From NCBI RefSeq assembly GCF_009834535.1, contig NC_045697.1:82772001-82836000 (forward strand): a DNA stretch of 64,000 nt. Direction: 5' to 3'. Both the position numbers and the translations under genes were made by a program. The notes under the pieces were generated by a model. That model had not been told where the DNA came from, ran no database searches, and worked only from the letters and a program-made list of their open reading frames with translations. Positions 1-13,916 of the stretch are shown here, one piece after another (positions within the stretch are counted from its first letter, which is position 1; every line of letters starts with the position of its first letter). Source of the DNA: Camelus ferus (lineage: Eukaryota).

Positions 1-1149
1 TTTGATTATTTCCTCCCTCCCAACTGCCCTCAAGTTTGATTTTGTTCCTCATTTCTTCACACCCTCATTTGGCACCTCTATTTATAATTCCTCCCTGATT
101 TAGTTAACCTCATAAAACACTCGAAATTGAGTTGTCAGAGGCAAGAACTGAGTAACAGCCAGGAAAAACCAAATAAAATACTGTGCAGCTGATCCTTTAA
201 AAAAAAAAGTGAACCCTCCAATAAGGAATTCTTCAAGAAATAGAGAATTCTTACTTGAGAAGAATATGCGGTTGCTTTTCTTAACACCGGAACACTTTCT
301 ACAACAAACTCTGTACACAATTGTTTCGATTTTTTAGGAAATGCAGGAACACTGTCTATCGATCAGAGTATTTCGTTCAACATCTTTAAAGTAATTACCC
401 AGTTCGGACTGCATCTTTTGTCAGTGCAAAGAGCACAGAGAAACGGTGATAAAAGGCAACTAGGTATTCTAAATTTAATGTGGGCTTTGCTCCTTAAATT
501 ATGCAGCATTTCTTCTTCTGAAATGTAAATTCCAAAGTTCAAACCTTAACTCTAGCAGGAATGATTATGGTCCCATGCAACACGGAACAGGAAAATTGCT
601 CTGCCTTCAAAGAGAAATCTGAAGACTGATATAGAACTTTGAAATGAGATAATCAACATTTACAAAAGGAGCTATTTTTGTGATGTGAATGTTAGCAAAA
701 TTATATGCAAAAACTATAATAATGAAACAGGAGTTTCTTATCTACTTAAGTGAGGAAATTCAGTTGTGGGATCTGCAACCAAAAACATTTCCATGAATGG
801 ATAGTTTTCCCCTTCCAACCATCTTTTAACATGCAATAAATACATTTTATATGAATGATAGTGTATGTATTTGAATTTTAGTTTCATTTCACATTAACAT
901 CATCATAAAAATATAAAAATGTGTCAAATTTCTGAAATTATTGGAATCTGTAACGGTATTGTAGTAATATACAACATGCTGTTTGCGTTCAGTAGATTTA
1001 ACGGCACTATTTGACAAAGGACAAAATGTATATAATATGTTAAAATTTTGACTACTACTATGATTATTATATCATTTAATATATGGGGGGATTCTTTATT
1101 TATGCCCAGACTTATGCCTCTGGTACAAATAAGTATTAGATTCAAATGG

Positions 1150-1885
1150 GGATTTCTGTTTTTGGCCATGAGGTAGTAACTGCAATTGAACTTCTACTCC
1201 TACTGTAAATAACTGAAAAACTAGACAAATTATATGAAGTAGCTTCTGTTTTCTAGATATTGGAAAACAAGAAAGAAGGGAGACAGGTGAGGAGAGCCCC
1301 ACGATTGCCCCAAGTTTTTGCCTGGATGCACTTTCTAGTCCACTGTGCACAGGGTGGGGAACCCAAGAAGAGCCTAGAGGTCTTGCTGAATTGAGGTGAG
1401 ACAGGAGGAGTTAGGAGAAGCTGAGGCCACTGAAGCTTGCTGGGCTGAGTAATTTTGCAGAAAACATTAGGTGATTAGAGTGCTTTAGAAATTTGCATGA
1501 ACATGCCCTAGAGTTGCCTCTAATATGAAGTATTGCATGCATAAGGTTAGACTACATGAGGCCAAGCAATGAACAATAGGAGAAATCTAAATTCGAAATT
1601 TCCAAGAATTCAGACAGGACTAGGAGACTTGGAAGTTTGGAAAAGTCAGAAGGTAGAATACTCTCGGAGCACTTGTGAGACTCTATGCTCAGTAGATATC
1701 TAAGAAGAGTCACAGTCAATAGTAAGGCTGAACTTGCCCTAGGGAAAAGGCTAATTCATGCCTGCCCACACAGTTTTCAAGAAGCCTTTAAATGATCAAG
1801 GTGCTGTGCAAGGAACTTTCCTGCCTGCCAGAAAAATCCACACCTCAACAATATGAAATTCACATTGTCTAGCATCTAGTAAACT
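1150..1885 (+). mobile_element. Ancient L1 (L1ME-type) 5' end fragment
   Basis: Motifs such as 'ctactgtaaataactgaaaaactagacaaattatatgaa', 'gagccccacgattgccccaag...gcctggatgcactttc' and 'ggggaacccaagaagagcc' resemble recalled L1ME 5'-end consensus. Heavily diverged. Confidence 0.7.
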
Positions 1886-1889
1886 GTGA

Positions 1890-3184
1890 GGCAAAGGCTA
1901 TGTTCAGCTGGGACTGTCTATCAAGAATGCCTGCATGGGGCCTCTCTGTGACGTGTTGGCAATGACACAGAACAGTGGCTATGGGCTCTTACAACCTAGT
2001 TTTCCAGTGAAAAAAGGCAGAAACTTTATGGCCTTTCATGACCCAGCAGTGGAGATACATCATATACTTTTCATTGTCAGAGCAGGTACTTTAACTTCAA
2101 GGTGGAGCAAAGTGCGGTGGGGGAGGGTGGGGAACACAGACATCACCTCTTTTTTTTTTTTAATTGAAGTAAAGTCAGTTTACACTCTTGTGTCAGTTTC
2201 TGGTGTACAGCATAATATTTCAGCCATACATATACACACATATATTCGTTTCTTGTTCTCTTTCATTATAGGTTACTACAAGATGTTGAATATAGTTCCC
2301 TGTGCTATACAGAAGAAATTTGTCCTTTATCTACTTTATATGTAGTAGTTAATATTTGCAAAACCCGAACTCCTAATTTATCCCTTCCCTGCCTCCGTTT
2401 CCCCCTGGTAACCATAGATTTGTTTTCTATGTCTGTGAGTCTGTTTCTGTTTTATAAATAAGTTCATTTGTGTCTTTTATTTTTTTAAGATTCCACATAT
2501 GATTGCTGTATTATGGTATTTTTCCTTCTCTTTCTGGCTTACTTCACTTAGAATGTATGATTTCCAGGTCCATCCATGTTGCTGTAAATGGCAGTATTTT
2601 ATTCCTTTTTATGGCTGAGTAGTATTCCATTGTATATATATACCACAACTTCTTTATCCAGTCATCTGTCGATGGCCATTTAGGTTGTTTCCATGTCTTG
2701 GCTATTGTAAATAGTGCTGCTGTGAACATTGGGGTTGCATGTATCTTGTTGAATTAGAATACCTTCTGGATATATGCCCAGGAGTGGGATTGCTGGATGA
2801 TATGGTAAGTCTAATTTTAGTTTCTTGAGAAATCTCCATATTGTTTTCCATAATAGCTGCACCAAACTACATTCTCACCAACAGTGTAGGAGTGTTCACT
2901 TTTCACCCACACCCTGTTCAGCATTTACTGCTGGTCGACTTTTTAATTATGGCCATTCTGACTGGAGTGAGGTGATACATTACTGTAGTTTTGCATTTCT
3001 CTGATAATCAGCGATATTGAGCATTTTTTCATGTGTTTATTGGCCATTTGTATGTCTTCTTTGGAGAACTGCTTGTTTAGGTCTTCTGCCTATTTTTGGA
3101 TTGGGTTGTTTGGTTTTTTGTTAGACATCACCTCTTAATAAGAAGTGTACCAGGATATTTGTGGCTAAATTTTTTAAAGCCATA
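1890..3184 (-). mobile_element. MaLR LTR (MLT1J/K/L-like), split by the L1 at 2152-3122
   Basis: 'cagctgggactgtc...aatgcctgcatggggcctctc', 'ggcagaaactttatggcctttcatgacccagc', resuming after the L1 TSD with 'cacctcttaataagaagtgt...tttgtggc'. Confidence 0.65.
2152..3122 (-). mobile_element. 5'-truncated young L1 (ORF2 C-terminus + 3'UTR + poly-A), ~970 bp
   Basis: ORF track 2544-2865 gives ORF2 C-terminal peptides ([38 protein letters not shown]). Poly-T at ~2151-2161. Exact 14-bp TSD agacatcacctctt at 2138-2151 and 3123-3136. Target reads TT/AAGA on the minus strand, like an L1 endonuclease site. Confidence 0.95.
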
Positions 3185-3575
3185 TTCTTTCTTTTGACAG
3201 CAAATTTTCTTTCCTCTCACATGAAATATACACTGTATCCTTTCAATGCAAACAAAAGTCTCCTGCCAATACAGCAACAGGATTGAGTTCATTACCCAGG
3301 AATTTAAGTTAAATTAGATCCAGGCACAGAAGGGCTCTCTAGGTCCTCTCCTTTGTTACACTTACTCTTCATTTGAAAACTTGCAATGGAAGGAAACAAG
3401 GTGTCTGGCTCCCACACACTCAAGAAATAGGAAAAATGCAGTAGACACTTTCATACAAGACATGGGCAAAAGGGATGTATACAGCAGTCAATGGACAATA
3501 TAATTATGAGATTTATCTGGGAAAAGTCCCTAGCTCTTCTATTTAAACTCTGTCTTCCTCCCTAGGAAATGGTGG
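3185..3575 (-). mobile_element. MaLR internal (MLT1-int) fragment contiguous with the LTR
   Basis: 'ttcctctcacatgaaatatacac', 'aaaagtctcctgccaatacagcaacagg', 'tgcagtagacactttcatac' and 'acagcagtcaatgg' resemble MLT1-int adjacent to the LTR. Confidence 0.55.
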
Positions 3576-3717
3576 AAGTTTTTTTTTTTTTTTGGTCCAT
3601 TAAAATACAGACTAAATATTACAAATTATTTGTTTGTTATTTATTGGTTTGCGTATTTTAAAAGAGAAAAAACCTAGAAGCCAAATAATGCTAATGTATT
3701 ACTATTAATCTTTGTGA

Positions 3718-3890
3718 ATAGGTAAACAACAAGGACCTACTGTATAGCATAGGGAACTATATTCAATATTTTGTAATAACTTCTAATGAAAAAAAAAGCT
3801 AAAAAAGAACATATGTATGTAACTGAATCACTTTGCTGCACTCCTGAAACGTTGTAAATCAACTATATGTCAATGAAAAATTTATAAAAA
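3718..3890 (+). mobile_element. Short L1 3' end (cetartiodactyl-type)
   Basis: 'aacaacaaggacctactgtatagcatagggaactatattcaatatt...aactgaatcactttgctg...ttgtaaatcaactata'. 15-bp TSD with 1 mismatch: tattaatctttgtga 3703-3717 and tattcatctttgtga 3891-3905. Confidence 0.9.
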
Positions 3891-4999
3891 TATTCATCTT
3901 TGTGATATAATAGTGGATTAGACAATTAATTTGAATGTATCAATTATAGTACTATACTTCAAGGAATTAACATCCCTTTAACGAATTTACAGTGGAACCA
4001 AGAGAGGAACAGAAGGATCAGTGTCTGAGTGTCCTGTCCAGAGGACTGCCATATATTGGACAAAATATCTTTTAAAATGCCATATTGATTTTTGTCATGA
4101 GAAACATTTGATTTAAAAAATCAATAGAACACTGTATTATAAATGAGGTACTATATATTAAATAAATACAAATAGTCATTTCCATTATCTATATGATATA
4201 ACCTTTCCATGACTGTATTTTATAAATTAATACTATTGTTTATATAAATAGCTTAGCCAAAAACCTCTTTTAAATGACTGATGCAGCTTTTTAAAATATA
4301 ATTTCCCAAAAGAGTTAAATTGACATTGATTCTGACTTTGTTAAAATTGCAAAGTACATTAGGAACTTTGTAATACAGACAATGCCTCATCTTTCGATAT
4401 TTTTCTATCTCACAATGAAAAAAATATATATTTGAATACTTCTACCATACCTATCTTTTGAGAATTTAAATTTGGATAATTCAGGTAATTGAATTGAACA
4501 TTCAAATGGTAGAATTCAATAGCATTTGAAGGAGCAAGACATGTTGGAAGAGAACTACTTCAAAAGATCAAACGCAAGTCACTTTAAATCAATGTTTCTA
4601 ATTAGCAGTCATAATTGACTGAGAGTACCAAATATTTAACTCCATTAAACAAAACATAATATGATTTAGCTTGTGCATAAAATTACAAAGTCTCTTGAGA
4701 TTTGACTGATTCAGACAGTCTTGAATAATCCAATTAAAGAGGTGTTTTTATATTTAAATCATTTTCATACTGGATAAGATATTAAAACATAAGCTTTAAA
4801 AAACTACAGTAAGCAATATGGTTGCATATTTAATGGAATAAGGAAAAACCTTACACAAAACATTTCCAAATTCTACAATGCCTATTTACAAATACATATG
4901 TAAAAACAATATGAAGCATTGTCTAAGGATAAACTCCTGGAATAGATTAATAGAAGCAGTCTCTCATTAAAATATAAGAATTGATAAAAATTAAAATCC

Positions 5000-5575
5000 A
5001 TATTCAGCCATTTATTTTGTCAAGTGCTACATTTATTTGGCAAAATAAACCCTGTACCCACCCTCACGGAGCTTGCATAATACTCAGGGAGAAAGAGAAG
5101 ACAGAGATATTGTATAGATATATAATTTATAGCTAGCTAGTGACAAAATGCTAGGAAGAAAAAGAGGGTAAGAGGATAAAGAATAAATGTGGATGGTGAT
5201 TTCAGAGCAGGGAGCAGGAGCTGCCTCTTTGAATAGGTGATATTTGAATAAAGATTTAAATGAAGTTAGAGAAAACTGCAAAAATATCCAAAGAAGAAGT
5301 TGCTAGGACCTAGCAAGTCCAAATACTCTGAGGCAAGATCAAGAATGATTCTTCCGTGAATAGAGGCCAGGGTGACCAAGTGAAGTAAAGAGGGATGGAT
5401 GAGAGAGAGAAGAGAGATCAGGCCAGTAGAGGGCATATCACGTAAGGCCCAAGAGGCCTGGTAACGACGCTGAAGTTTGGCCTAAGACTGATGGGAAGAC
5501 CCTTCGAGCAATGTTTTAAATGGGTCACTTTTGCTTCTGCGTGAACTGCTATCTGTGGAAGGGGCAAAAGTACAA
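5000..5575 (-). mobile_element. L2 (L2a-like) 3' region
   Basis: 'ccctcacggagcttgc', 'aggtgatatttgaataaagatttaaatgaag', 'aaatactctgaggcaag', 'gaggccagggtg' and 'tgatgggaagac' are typical of antisense L2a. Confidence 0.75.
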
Positions 5576-7057
5576 AGACATCACAGCAATTTGTAAACAT
5601 TAGAATTGAACTACTATATTTCATTACTCTTTTTGTTTTCCTTTTTTTTTTTAATAATTAAGTTTGGGTACAACCTTTGATGTAACTAGACTGATGAGGA
5701 GTATTCTTATACTCCTAGTATTCTTCCCCGATGCACTTGGTTTTCTAATGTACATGACATAGAACATAACAGAAAGACCACCTTGTATGATTTTCTACGC
5801 ACAGAGGACAGAGTGACTGTGCTGAGGTGATGGCTATTTGGTATCTGGCAGGAATGTTCTACTGAGCTGTGGGCATTTGCTTGATGATGTCTTCAAAAGA
5901 CCTACTTCCTCTTTCATAGAATCATTCCCTCTCTAACGATTTCTATGTGGTTTCTAAAATTCCTTAACTCTCTAGGGATCTGTATATAAAATTAAAAGTT
6001 AAAGTTACATGGAAAGGAAATAAATGATTATTTCAGAATCATTATATTTCAATGCTAATACAGATGGGTGATAGAATAGTATCTTAACTGTTTTATCAGT
6101 TTTCTGACCAGACTTAACTAACCTTCAGTAAACCATGCATACAAAGTATATGTATAAAAATTATTTTAATATACTTGTTGTAAGTGCCATTAGTTTTTAA
6201 CTATTTAAAGCATGAACAGATTCTGTTTCAGGGTATAATGATGTAGACCTATCTACAGTCATAAAACGCAAGGGGAATTAAGTAATTTTTTGAAGGTGAA
6301 TATCCTTTGAAGTTTATTTTTCTTCTTTACACCTAATCTACTTGCATTTCGATCCATTAAACCATGCTTCAAAATATATGCTGGAGACTACTATTTATGT
6401 ATAGCTAGTTTTATGATTAATTTAGATATGCAAAGTCTAGTAATAAAGTACTTATTCCTAGTTATTTGTTTGAAAGCACATACTAATTATTAGAAATATT
6501 CAAAATTACAATATCATTGCCCAAATAGTATTAGCAAATTGTAAGCAGACTGGCATTTTCTACTGTTCTTTCTCTTGATGAAAAGGACCTTTTCATTCAA
6601 TGAGAGGCTTATTAAGTTCAGCTCTTTCATTCTTCTGTTCAATTCCCAGACTATTACTGAATTTCCCCACCTAAAAATTCTGCTATATAATGTAACAAAC
6701 ATTCATTTGGAAAAAGCCTTCTCATGCAAACTTCCCAAGGCAAGTAAGTGTAAACAATGAATTATATTATTAATGAACTTGGATGAAAAAATATTTAAAT
6801 TTATTTACTCTGAGTTTTGAAAGTTTATTAAGTCATGATGTAAAAGCGATTCCTGTCCTCAGATCATATGGAAGAATTGGTTACACCTGATCTCTCCACA
6901 CAAAATTCTCAGGCATACTCCTCCAAGATTTAGATTTCATAATTTCATGGATTTTTTCTATACAGTGAACATGTAAGCAGCTAATTATCAGGCAAAACTA
7001 TGAGTAAGTGAGCCTTAGGGAAACATCAGTGCATTAACATAGTTAGAAGGGAATGTG

Positions 7058-7285
7058 AGTTATCATTTATTGAGAGCTTACTCTGGCCTCCTACTCTTCT
7101 AAGTTCTTTGTATATAGTGAAGTTTATTTAGTCCCCGTAACAATCCCATCAGATAAGTACCAATTCCCCCACTTTAAAAGCGAGGAAACTGAGGCCATAA
7201 AGGATAGCAAATTAAAACAATGAGAGAGCAAGTAACTAGATAGCAAGACAGGAACCCAACTTGGGCAATCTAACTCAGGATGGAG
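7058..7285 (-). mobile_element. MIR SINE
   Basis: 'catttattgagagcttactc', 'aacaatcccatcagataagtac' and the core 'ttaaaagcgaggaaactgaggc'. Confidence 0.85.
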
Positions 7286-8339
7286 CATCTTGTTGTCAGG
7301 GTACCAGGCAGCTAGCCACTAACTCCATGAACAGAACATCATGTGGGAGAGGACGGGTGATGGGGTGTTAGTGGTTGGGACTATTTGGGATTAAGAGGCT
7401 TCAGGGTTGCTGGAGAGAAGGAAGAACACTCTTGTCTCCAAGATCACCTGGAGCCCAAGCCAAATTATGAGCAGAGATGGATTGTCTGTGTAGCATCCTC
7501 TTTGTGTGTGGTGTGAACATGGAGATAAAGCTGGAGGGAGAGGAGAGTGGGGAGGAGGCTGTTTTTCCTTGGACCCTAGTACCCAAATGGCTGGGACAAA
7601 GTGCAGGAAGAACCTGAACATCATGATCACTCCACAGGCTTTGGCTATTCCTTATTCACTGACTACTCCAGGAACTGTCCCCGTCCTGGGCACACTAAGT
7701 ACTTAGATCACACTCTCGGCACGTTCAACTTCCTATAAGCCCCTCAAAGCAATGTCTATTAACTAATAACTATTGACAACAACAAGTAATATGGAGTTGA
7801 ATGTGGCTTCCTTAGAATTCATTCACTTATAAAATTTGAGAACAAGTTTATGACTTTTTATGGATTATATTAATCTAGTTTGTCCTGATAGGTATCATGT
7901 ATTTACATGAATAATGTTTCAATACTTTTAAATTAATGCATAAGTATGTATTTTGAACTTTTTTCACTTAAAACCTTAAATATTTTAAGTACTAAAATGC
8001 CTTGACTTGTAGAATTTGTAGAATAAATTCTGAAGGAGCAAATAATCACAGGACCAGACTGCACCTCAACAGTGACAATGGTAGAATCATTGATGAGAGG
8101 GAATGATTGGAAAAGACAGGTGCAAAACACAACGGTAATAGACAACCGAGAAAGTAGGTGAGCACAGCAAAAAGCCTGCATATCATTATCTCCTGAATAT
8201 TCACCTGTGTTGCGGGGAAATGCTTTCCATCATCAAAAGTGATATTTTCCTTTATGTTTAGTCACTTCAATGACTCTCAACAATTTTTTAAAACAGATCG
8301 ATGGACTTTGTTTCATCAAAAGCAACAACTGGACCGCAT

Positions 8340-8420
8340 TTCAGTTTTATTCATCTCTGTATCTTATTGCATAGAATAATGCCTGGCACAAGGTCCTTAT
8401 TATATGTTGTTAAGTAAATT
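8340..8420 (+). mobile_element. L2 3' terminal fragment
   Basis: 'ttattcatctctgtatc...agaataatgcctggcaca...tatgttgttaagtaaat'. Confidence 0.6.
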
Positions 8421-9379
8421 ATTTAGAAATTGGTAACTTAAGTATGAGAAGAGATTTATAATTGAGTTTATAATGAAATATATGAATAAATAAGAGAAAC
8501 TGATTGGCATTGTATCAGTTGCCAAAATAGGCAAGAACAGAATATGCTATGGTCAGTTACCAGTAATAGTATTTCTGTTACAGATTGGCTGGGAAATTGG
8601 AAAGGAGGTCTTATGATCGAAACCTTTGCTTAATATATGAATCTTCTCCACACTCCTATGATAGATAGTGAGTTTTGTTTGAGTCATTTCCCAGAGGGGG
8701 AATTCATTACTTAAACCGGCAGCTCATTATATATCAGATGTTTAGGTGATTTTGAAGTTTCCTCCTACTGTGTCAAAATTATACTCCTAAAATATGTATA
8801 TTCTCCTATGTATTTTAATACATATTAATCGCATCATTAATAAAGACATTTGAATCAGTTGAATTCTGTTAAACTCTAATATTATAAAATTAGCATTTCC
8901 TCATGTTGGAATTTTTTAAAACACACTTTTAATGATGGAAAGATAATCTATAGTATGAATGTACAATTTCCAGATTATTTAGTATTTGTTTTTATATTTT
9001 CCATGATGATAAACAGTAATTAAAGCCACTGTGTAGTTTTCCTACCTGAATGATTCTTTTTCTTTTAAATGTTTACAAAATATTCCTAACATGAAAAAAA
9101 AACCTCAGATAATATAAAGAACATTTATGTTCCCACTGTGCAAGTTAAAAAATTTTAACATGCTGAAATATTTGTTTGTGATCATTTTTTTTTTGTAGAA
9201 GCTATGACATTCTGGACTCAGTTTAAACCCTTTCTGCCATAATCAATGAAGAGCCATTTTTTATAATTTTTAATGTTATATATATAATATCACATTATTA
9301 CACAATTTAATTTTGCTTTATTCAACATTTACAGAAAATAAAATCCCATCCAGTTTATTTTCATTTTTAACTAAGTGAA

Positions 9380-9815
9380 CGTGGTAGAGAAGAAACCACT
9401 GCTCTGCAAAGACCACAGAAGTCAGGCAGAGCGATAACCAATGTGGTTGTGCCCAGCAGACTACAACCTTCAGGTCTTCTTCCTGACTGTTGGCCCCACT
9501 GACCAACCCCTAAGCATTTCACTGCAGTTTTCTTAGAGATGGCAGCTTCTGCACATCTCTCCATGAATTTTTTCTCTATGATCTCTCTTTGATGGTCAGA
9601 CACACAAAGAATCTAGAATTTTCTTACCAAATCCTACCAGCCATCTTCCCCAAACTCTTCAGCCTGTCATGGTTGCTGACTTTCTCTGATCTTCCGAAAT
9701 CTCTAGACCTTCCCTTCCCCAGCTCCTACATTTATGTAAGCTCTAATTTCTGTTGTAAATCATTTGTTCCCATAAAGCATGCATTTGCTATTTTCCTGTA
9801 TATACAGACTAGTAC
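9380..9815 (+). mobile_element. ERVL-class LTR remnant (family uncertain)
   Basis: 3' end 'ttccccagctcctacatttatgtaagctctaatttctg...aaatc...cccataa...gactagtaca' resembles old ERVL LTR termini ending in CA. Confidence 0.45.
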
Positions 9816-10269
9816 ACCAATTATGGCTGAATACGTATCACCTATGGATGTGCTTTTCTATATTATTCCACCATGGTTGCTATCAATAAGAATAAACATG
9901 TTAAACATATATTTTGCAATCAACTGTAAGGAAAAAAATCAAGTTTTCACTGAAATTACAATGCAGATAAACACATTAAAATTTAATTTTAGTAAGCCTA
10001 AAATGATTAAAAGGCAGCAAATTTTATAGCATCTTTTGCCTTTCTTCTACTAGAAGTATCTCATTCAATGATTTTATGATGCTAATACCATTATCTTGCA
10101 GAATATATATCCATTATATAGATATATAATCACAGATACTGGTCAAACTTCTGATCTGACACATCACTGAACTTTGCTGAATCACAAAAAATAAAGTTAA
10201 ATAAGATAAAAGTTGTCCAACAGTGGTCTTTCTTAAGTAACTGAAACACTGATCTTTAAAAAATCAAAT

Positions 10270-10576
10270 GTCTTTTAAATGGAAGTATAATTCACATAAC
10301 ATAAAATCCACTCTTTTAAAATATTCAATTCAGTGAATTTTAGTATATTCATAGAGATGTGCAACCATCCCCACTAACAAATCTTAGAATATTTTTATCA
10401 CCTTCCCCACAAAAAGCCCATAATCTATAGCAGTCACTCATCACTTTCTCCTCAGCCAACCCCTATAGCCGTTAGCCATTAGCCTACTTTGTCCCTGTGG
10501 AATTGTCTATTATTAACATTTCATAAAAAGGGAATCATTCATTATGTGGCCTTTTGTGTCTGTCTCCTTTCACTAA
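10270..10576 (-). mobile_element. Old L1 (L1MB/MC-type) 3' end
   Basis: 'gtataattcacataacataaaatccactcttttaaa...gtgcaaccatccccacta...agcagtcactc...atgtggccttttgtgtctg'. Confidence 0.8.
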
Positions 10577-10919
10577 AACAACCCAATACACATTGAAAAT
10601 ATTTTGTACTAGAACAATTACAGTTTTTAGATTTAACTGGGAAAAATAAAATAAAATGAAAGATTTTTGTCACTGTAAACATAGTTATATCCTGAGTTGC
10701 TGCATTTTAGTATTTAGTTGTCTTAATGGCAAAAGAAGGAAAACAATCCAATAATTTTCCTCAACACGTATAGATTGGACATAAAATCATATAAATTGGA
10801 CCATAGTTCAAAATAGGGAGAAAGTAGCAGCAGAGTAGTAGGGATTTAGGAGCTTTGCCTTTGAAAGTAAAATCCCGGATACTAACATGTCTATACTTAT
10901 ACTGATGCTATGATCACTG

Positions 10920-11240
10920 GGTGTGGTTGATTGTAAAAATGGTCCCTGATGTTTGAGTCTTTCCCATCAGGAAGCAGTGTTGACTTCTCCAGTCCTTGAC
11001 TTCGGGCTGGCCTTGCAACTTGCTTTGTGCATAGAATGCAGTGAAAAGGGTGCTGTACAAATTCTGATCCTGGACCACAAGAGGATTTGTAGGCTCTCTT
11101 CTCTTTCTTTGAAAATACCCATGGCATCATGTGAATGAATCCTGAGCCAGCCTACTACAGGAGGGGTGCTCAATGGAGGGGAACTGAAGCACCCCAGCTG
11201 ACAGTCAGGCAGCCCCCACCCAATATGACCATTGAGTGAA
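10920..11240 (+). mobile_element. MaLR LTR (MLT1G/H-like), 5' part
   Basis: Starts 'tgtggttgattgtaaaaatggtccc', then 'gggctggccttgcaacttgctttg...agaatgcagtgaaa' and 'ccagctgacagtcaggcagc'. Confidence 0.7.
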
Positions 11241-11254
11241 GATGCATGAGAGTG

Positions 11255-11510
11255 GCCATTATTTGGCCATTTTAACATCTTTGTATAGGTATCTTGGTGG
11301 ACATGGAAATGCATCTAGGAATGGAAATGTTAAGATTCAAGATAATATATATGTTCAATATTGTTAGATAATACCAAACTGTTTTCTAAAGTGGTTGCAA
11401 TAAAGGACAGTTACTTTGCTTACATTTTCACCAGTAGTTGGTATGGTCAGATATTTTAAATTGTAGCCATTCTTTGGGGCTGTCTAGTGATATCTCACTG
11501 CCATTTTTAC
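11255..11510 (-). mobile_element. Old L1 (L1ME-type) ORF2 3' fragment
   Basis: 'catctaggaatggaaatg', 'taccaaactgttttctaaagtggttgca', 'ttggtatggtcaga...tagccattct...agtgatatctcactg'. Confidence 0.7.
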
Positions 11511-12082
11511 CTTGTTACCTCACATAAGAACTGGTTTAATTCATTGGAATACAGTGTCTAGAAACCCTTAGAAACACTAGCATTGTATTATCACATCCTG
11601 TAAGTTTTAATATTTACCTCATTGAGTGATCTTTCCATATTCTTACTTTTAGTGTTGGAGATCATATAAAGATTCATTTCAGTTTACAGTCTTCTGTGAT
11701 GACCATAACTGAAGTCACAAAAGCTGAATACACACACGTACACAGGCACACAGGTACATGCCTGCACACATACACAGCATACACTCATAAATATGTTCTA
11801 ATAGTAGAGTCATTATCCTTTTACCTATTTGTTCCCCTATTCAAATGGATGTATTGAATCTTTTTCTGCCAGATATTCTATAAGCCAGAGATAGTTTTTC
11901 ACCTCTTGTCCACTGAGGTTATAATCAAAGCATAATAAACACTCTTGCTCTCATGTAATGAGGCAAATAGTATAAGGAATGAAACAGACTATGTCAAAGA
12001 ATGAGCCAAGAGATTGGAGAAGAGAGTTCCTGATATAAATGATATTTTTCCTGGGAGCTAACTGAAAGATTGATGTTATCCA

Positions 12083-12597
12083 TTGTATTTTATTTTGTTG
12101 CTGCTAAAAAGTATTAGCACACACTTTATAGTTTAAAGCAACATAAAGTATATTGTCCTTCAATTCTGGAGGTGGAAATACCAAAATAGATCTCACTGAG
12201 CTAAAATCAAGATATTGGCAAGATTGCATTCCTTCTGGAGACTGTAGATGAAAATTTACCCCCTTGCCTTTTCTAGTTTATAGAGGTCACCTGTATTCCT
12301 TGGCTCATGGTCCCGTCCCCCATCTGCAAAGCCAACAGTCACATCATTCTAATCTCTGCTTTAACTGTCACAACTTTGCCTCCTTTGCCTCCTTTTTCTA
12401 TCTTTTTAAGGATCCTGGTGATTACATTGGGTCCAACAGGATAAGCCAGGATAATATCCACATGTCAAAGTTCTTAATTTAGTTAATCTGCATAGTCCCT
12501 TTTGTAATGTAAGGTAATATATTCTCAGGTTTTAGGGATTAGGACATGGATTTTTTTTTTTGACGGGGTGGGGGGAGTCATTATTCAGACCAGCACA
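12083..12597 (-). mobile_element. MLT1D-like solo LTR, essentially full length
   Basis: 'ttctggagg...ctcactgagctaaaatcaag...ttccttctggag...ttccttggctcatgg...gattacattgggtcc...taaggtaatatattctcagg...gggattaggacatgga', with TG...CA ends. Confidence 0.85.
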
Positions 12598-13826
12598 CAC
12601 ATGTTGAAGAAGAGTATGGATCCAAATAGTGGAAGTGTTCCAATCATAGGAAATGACCTGGGTGAATGTTCAGGAATCTCTAAGCATTTCAATATGGCTC
12701 AAGCAGGAAGCAAGAAGTAATCCTAAGAGAAACAGTCATCAGCCACAAATACTCAAGGATTATTTAAAATTTGTTTGGAATTGCTAGCAAAATGTCACAT
12801 ATCTTATCCATTTTTAAAGCTGGATCCCAACATAGGGTGTGGAAATTGAGAACACTTTTGCAGTTTAAATGTGCTTCCATAGTGGAGGAAGTTTGAAAGG
12901 GAAGTAGCAGTTACACATATATATATTTTTAATCAGATTTTTTGTCTTTGCAAACTTTTCCAAGTTTGCTTTTATTTTCCTTCAATGCCGAGTATAAACT
13001 CTAAACAGTCAAAGAGCCACACACTGATTTATACTAAAGAGATAACAGATGTGGTGATACATGCTATTGTTTTTGCTTTGCATATCTACACAGCTTGTTC
13101 AGCTTATCTTCCACTAATGTAAAGCTAGAATCATGTAGTTATAAAATCATGGTATAAATTATGAAAGTAGCATATAAAAATGGGATTGGAAAACCATAGT
13201 GTTTCTATATGCTATAATCCTGCTCTGCTAGAATATAGAAATGTAGCACTTTTAACCATATACCCACTTGTGTTCATTATAAAAATTCTGATTTCACAAA
13301 TTAATATATTCTGAAAAAAGTTCATGACTCATAGGACATCTCTCAATACTTCAAAGAAGGTAACACAGACAACACAGGTCAGTAAATACAGTTTTCCTTT
13401 GAGAGTGAAAAGCTATCAATGCATTTTTTAAAAGATGGCTTACGGTGACCAGTACTAACAACAAATGGAGGAGATTGTCATAACTTTTTTCTTTATCATA
13501 AAAGGAAATAAATCATTTGATGACTTGTGTTTAAATCTGTTACAAAAGTTCGCTATGTATGGATCATTTTACATCTATAAAATATGTTGGAAAGTTAGGC
13601 TTATGTTGATCTTTACTTATTACAAACATTTGTTAAGAAATTGCTAAAATGGCCATGCATTATACACATTTTTGCTCTTGCTAAATTCTGTTTGATCACA
13701 GCAATGTCCATGGCACTAAGTGACATGGAGGTGTTCCCAGCTTCTGGTTAAGACAGAGGGTATGAAAAACTACTTTTGATAGGCTGAATCAAAAGTGAAG
13801 TTTGAAAAAAAAATACTGAAATAATA

Positions 13827-13916
13827 GGGGTGGGTATAACTCAGAGGTAGTGCATATGCTTAGCATGCACAAGGTTCTAGATTCAACCCCCAGTACCTCC
13901 ATTAAATAAATAAATA
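13827..13916 (+). mobile_element. tRNA-derived SINE (camelid Vic-1-like)
   Basis: 'ggggtgggtataactcagaggtag' (A-box-like), 'gcttagcatgcacaagg', 'gattcaacccc' (B-box-like), 'cagtacctccattaaataaataaa' tail. Confidence 0.85.

Noticed and set aside
1935..2345. 136-aa ORF
   Set aside because: Chimeric read-through from an MLT1 LTR into an antisense L1 tail.
9589..10029. 146-aa plus-strand ORF
   Set aside because: Spans an LTR remnant and AT-rich flank with no protein similarity that I can recognise.
13827..13916. tRNA-like gene (also 28545-28629 and 30690-30765)
   Set aside because: Diverged A/B boxes, A-rich tails and TSDs on two of the copies indicate SINEs, not functional tRNAs.
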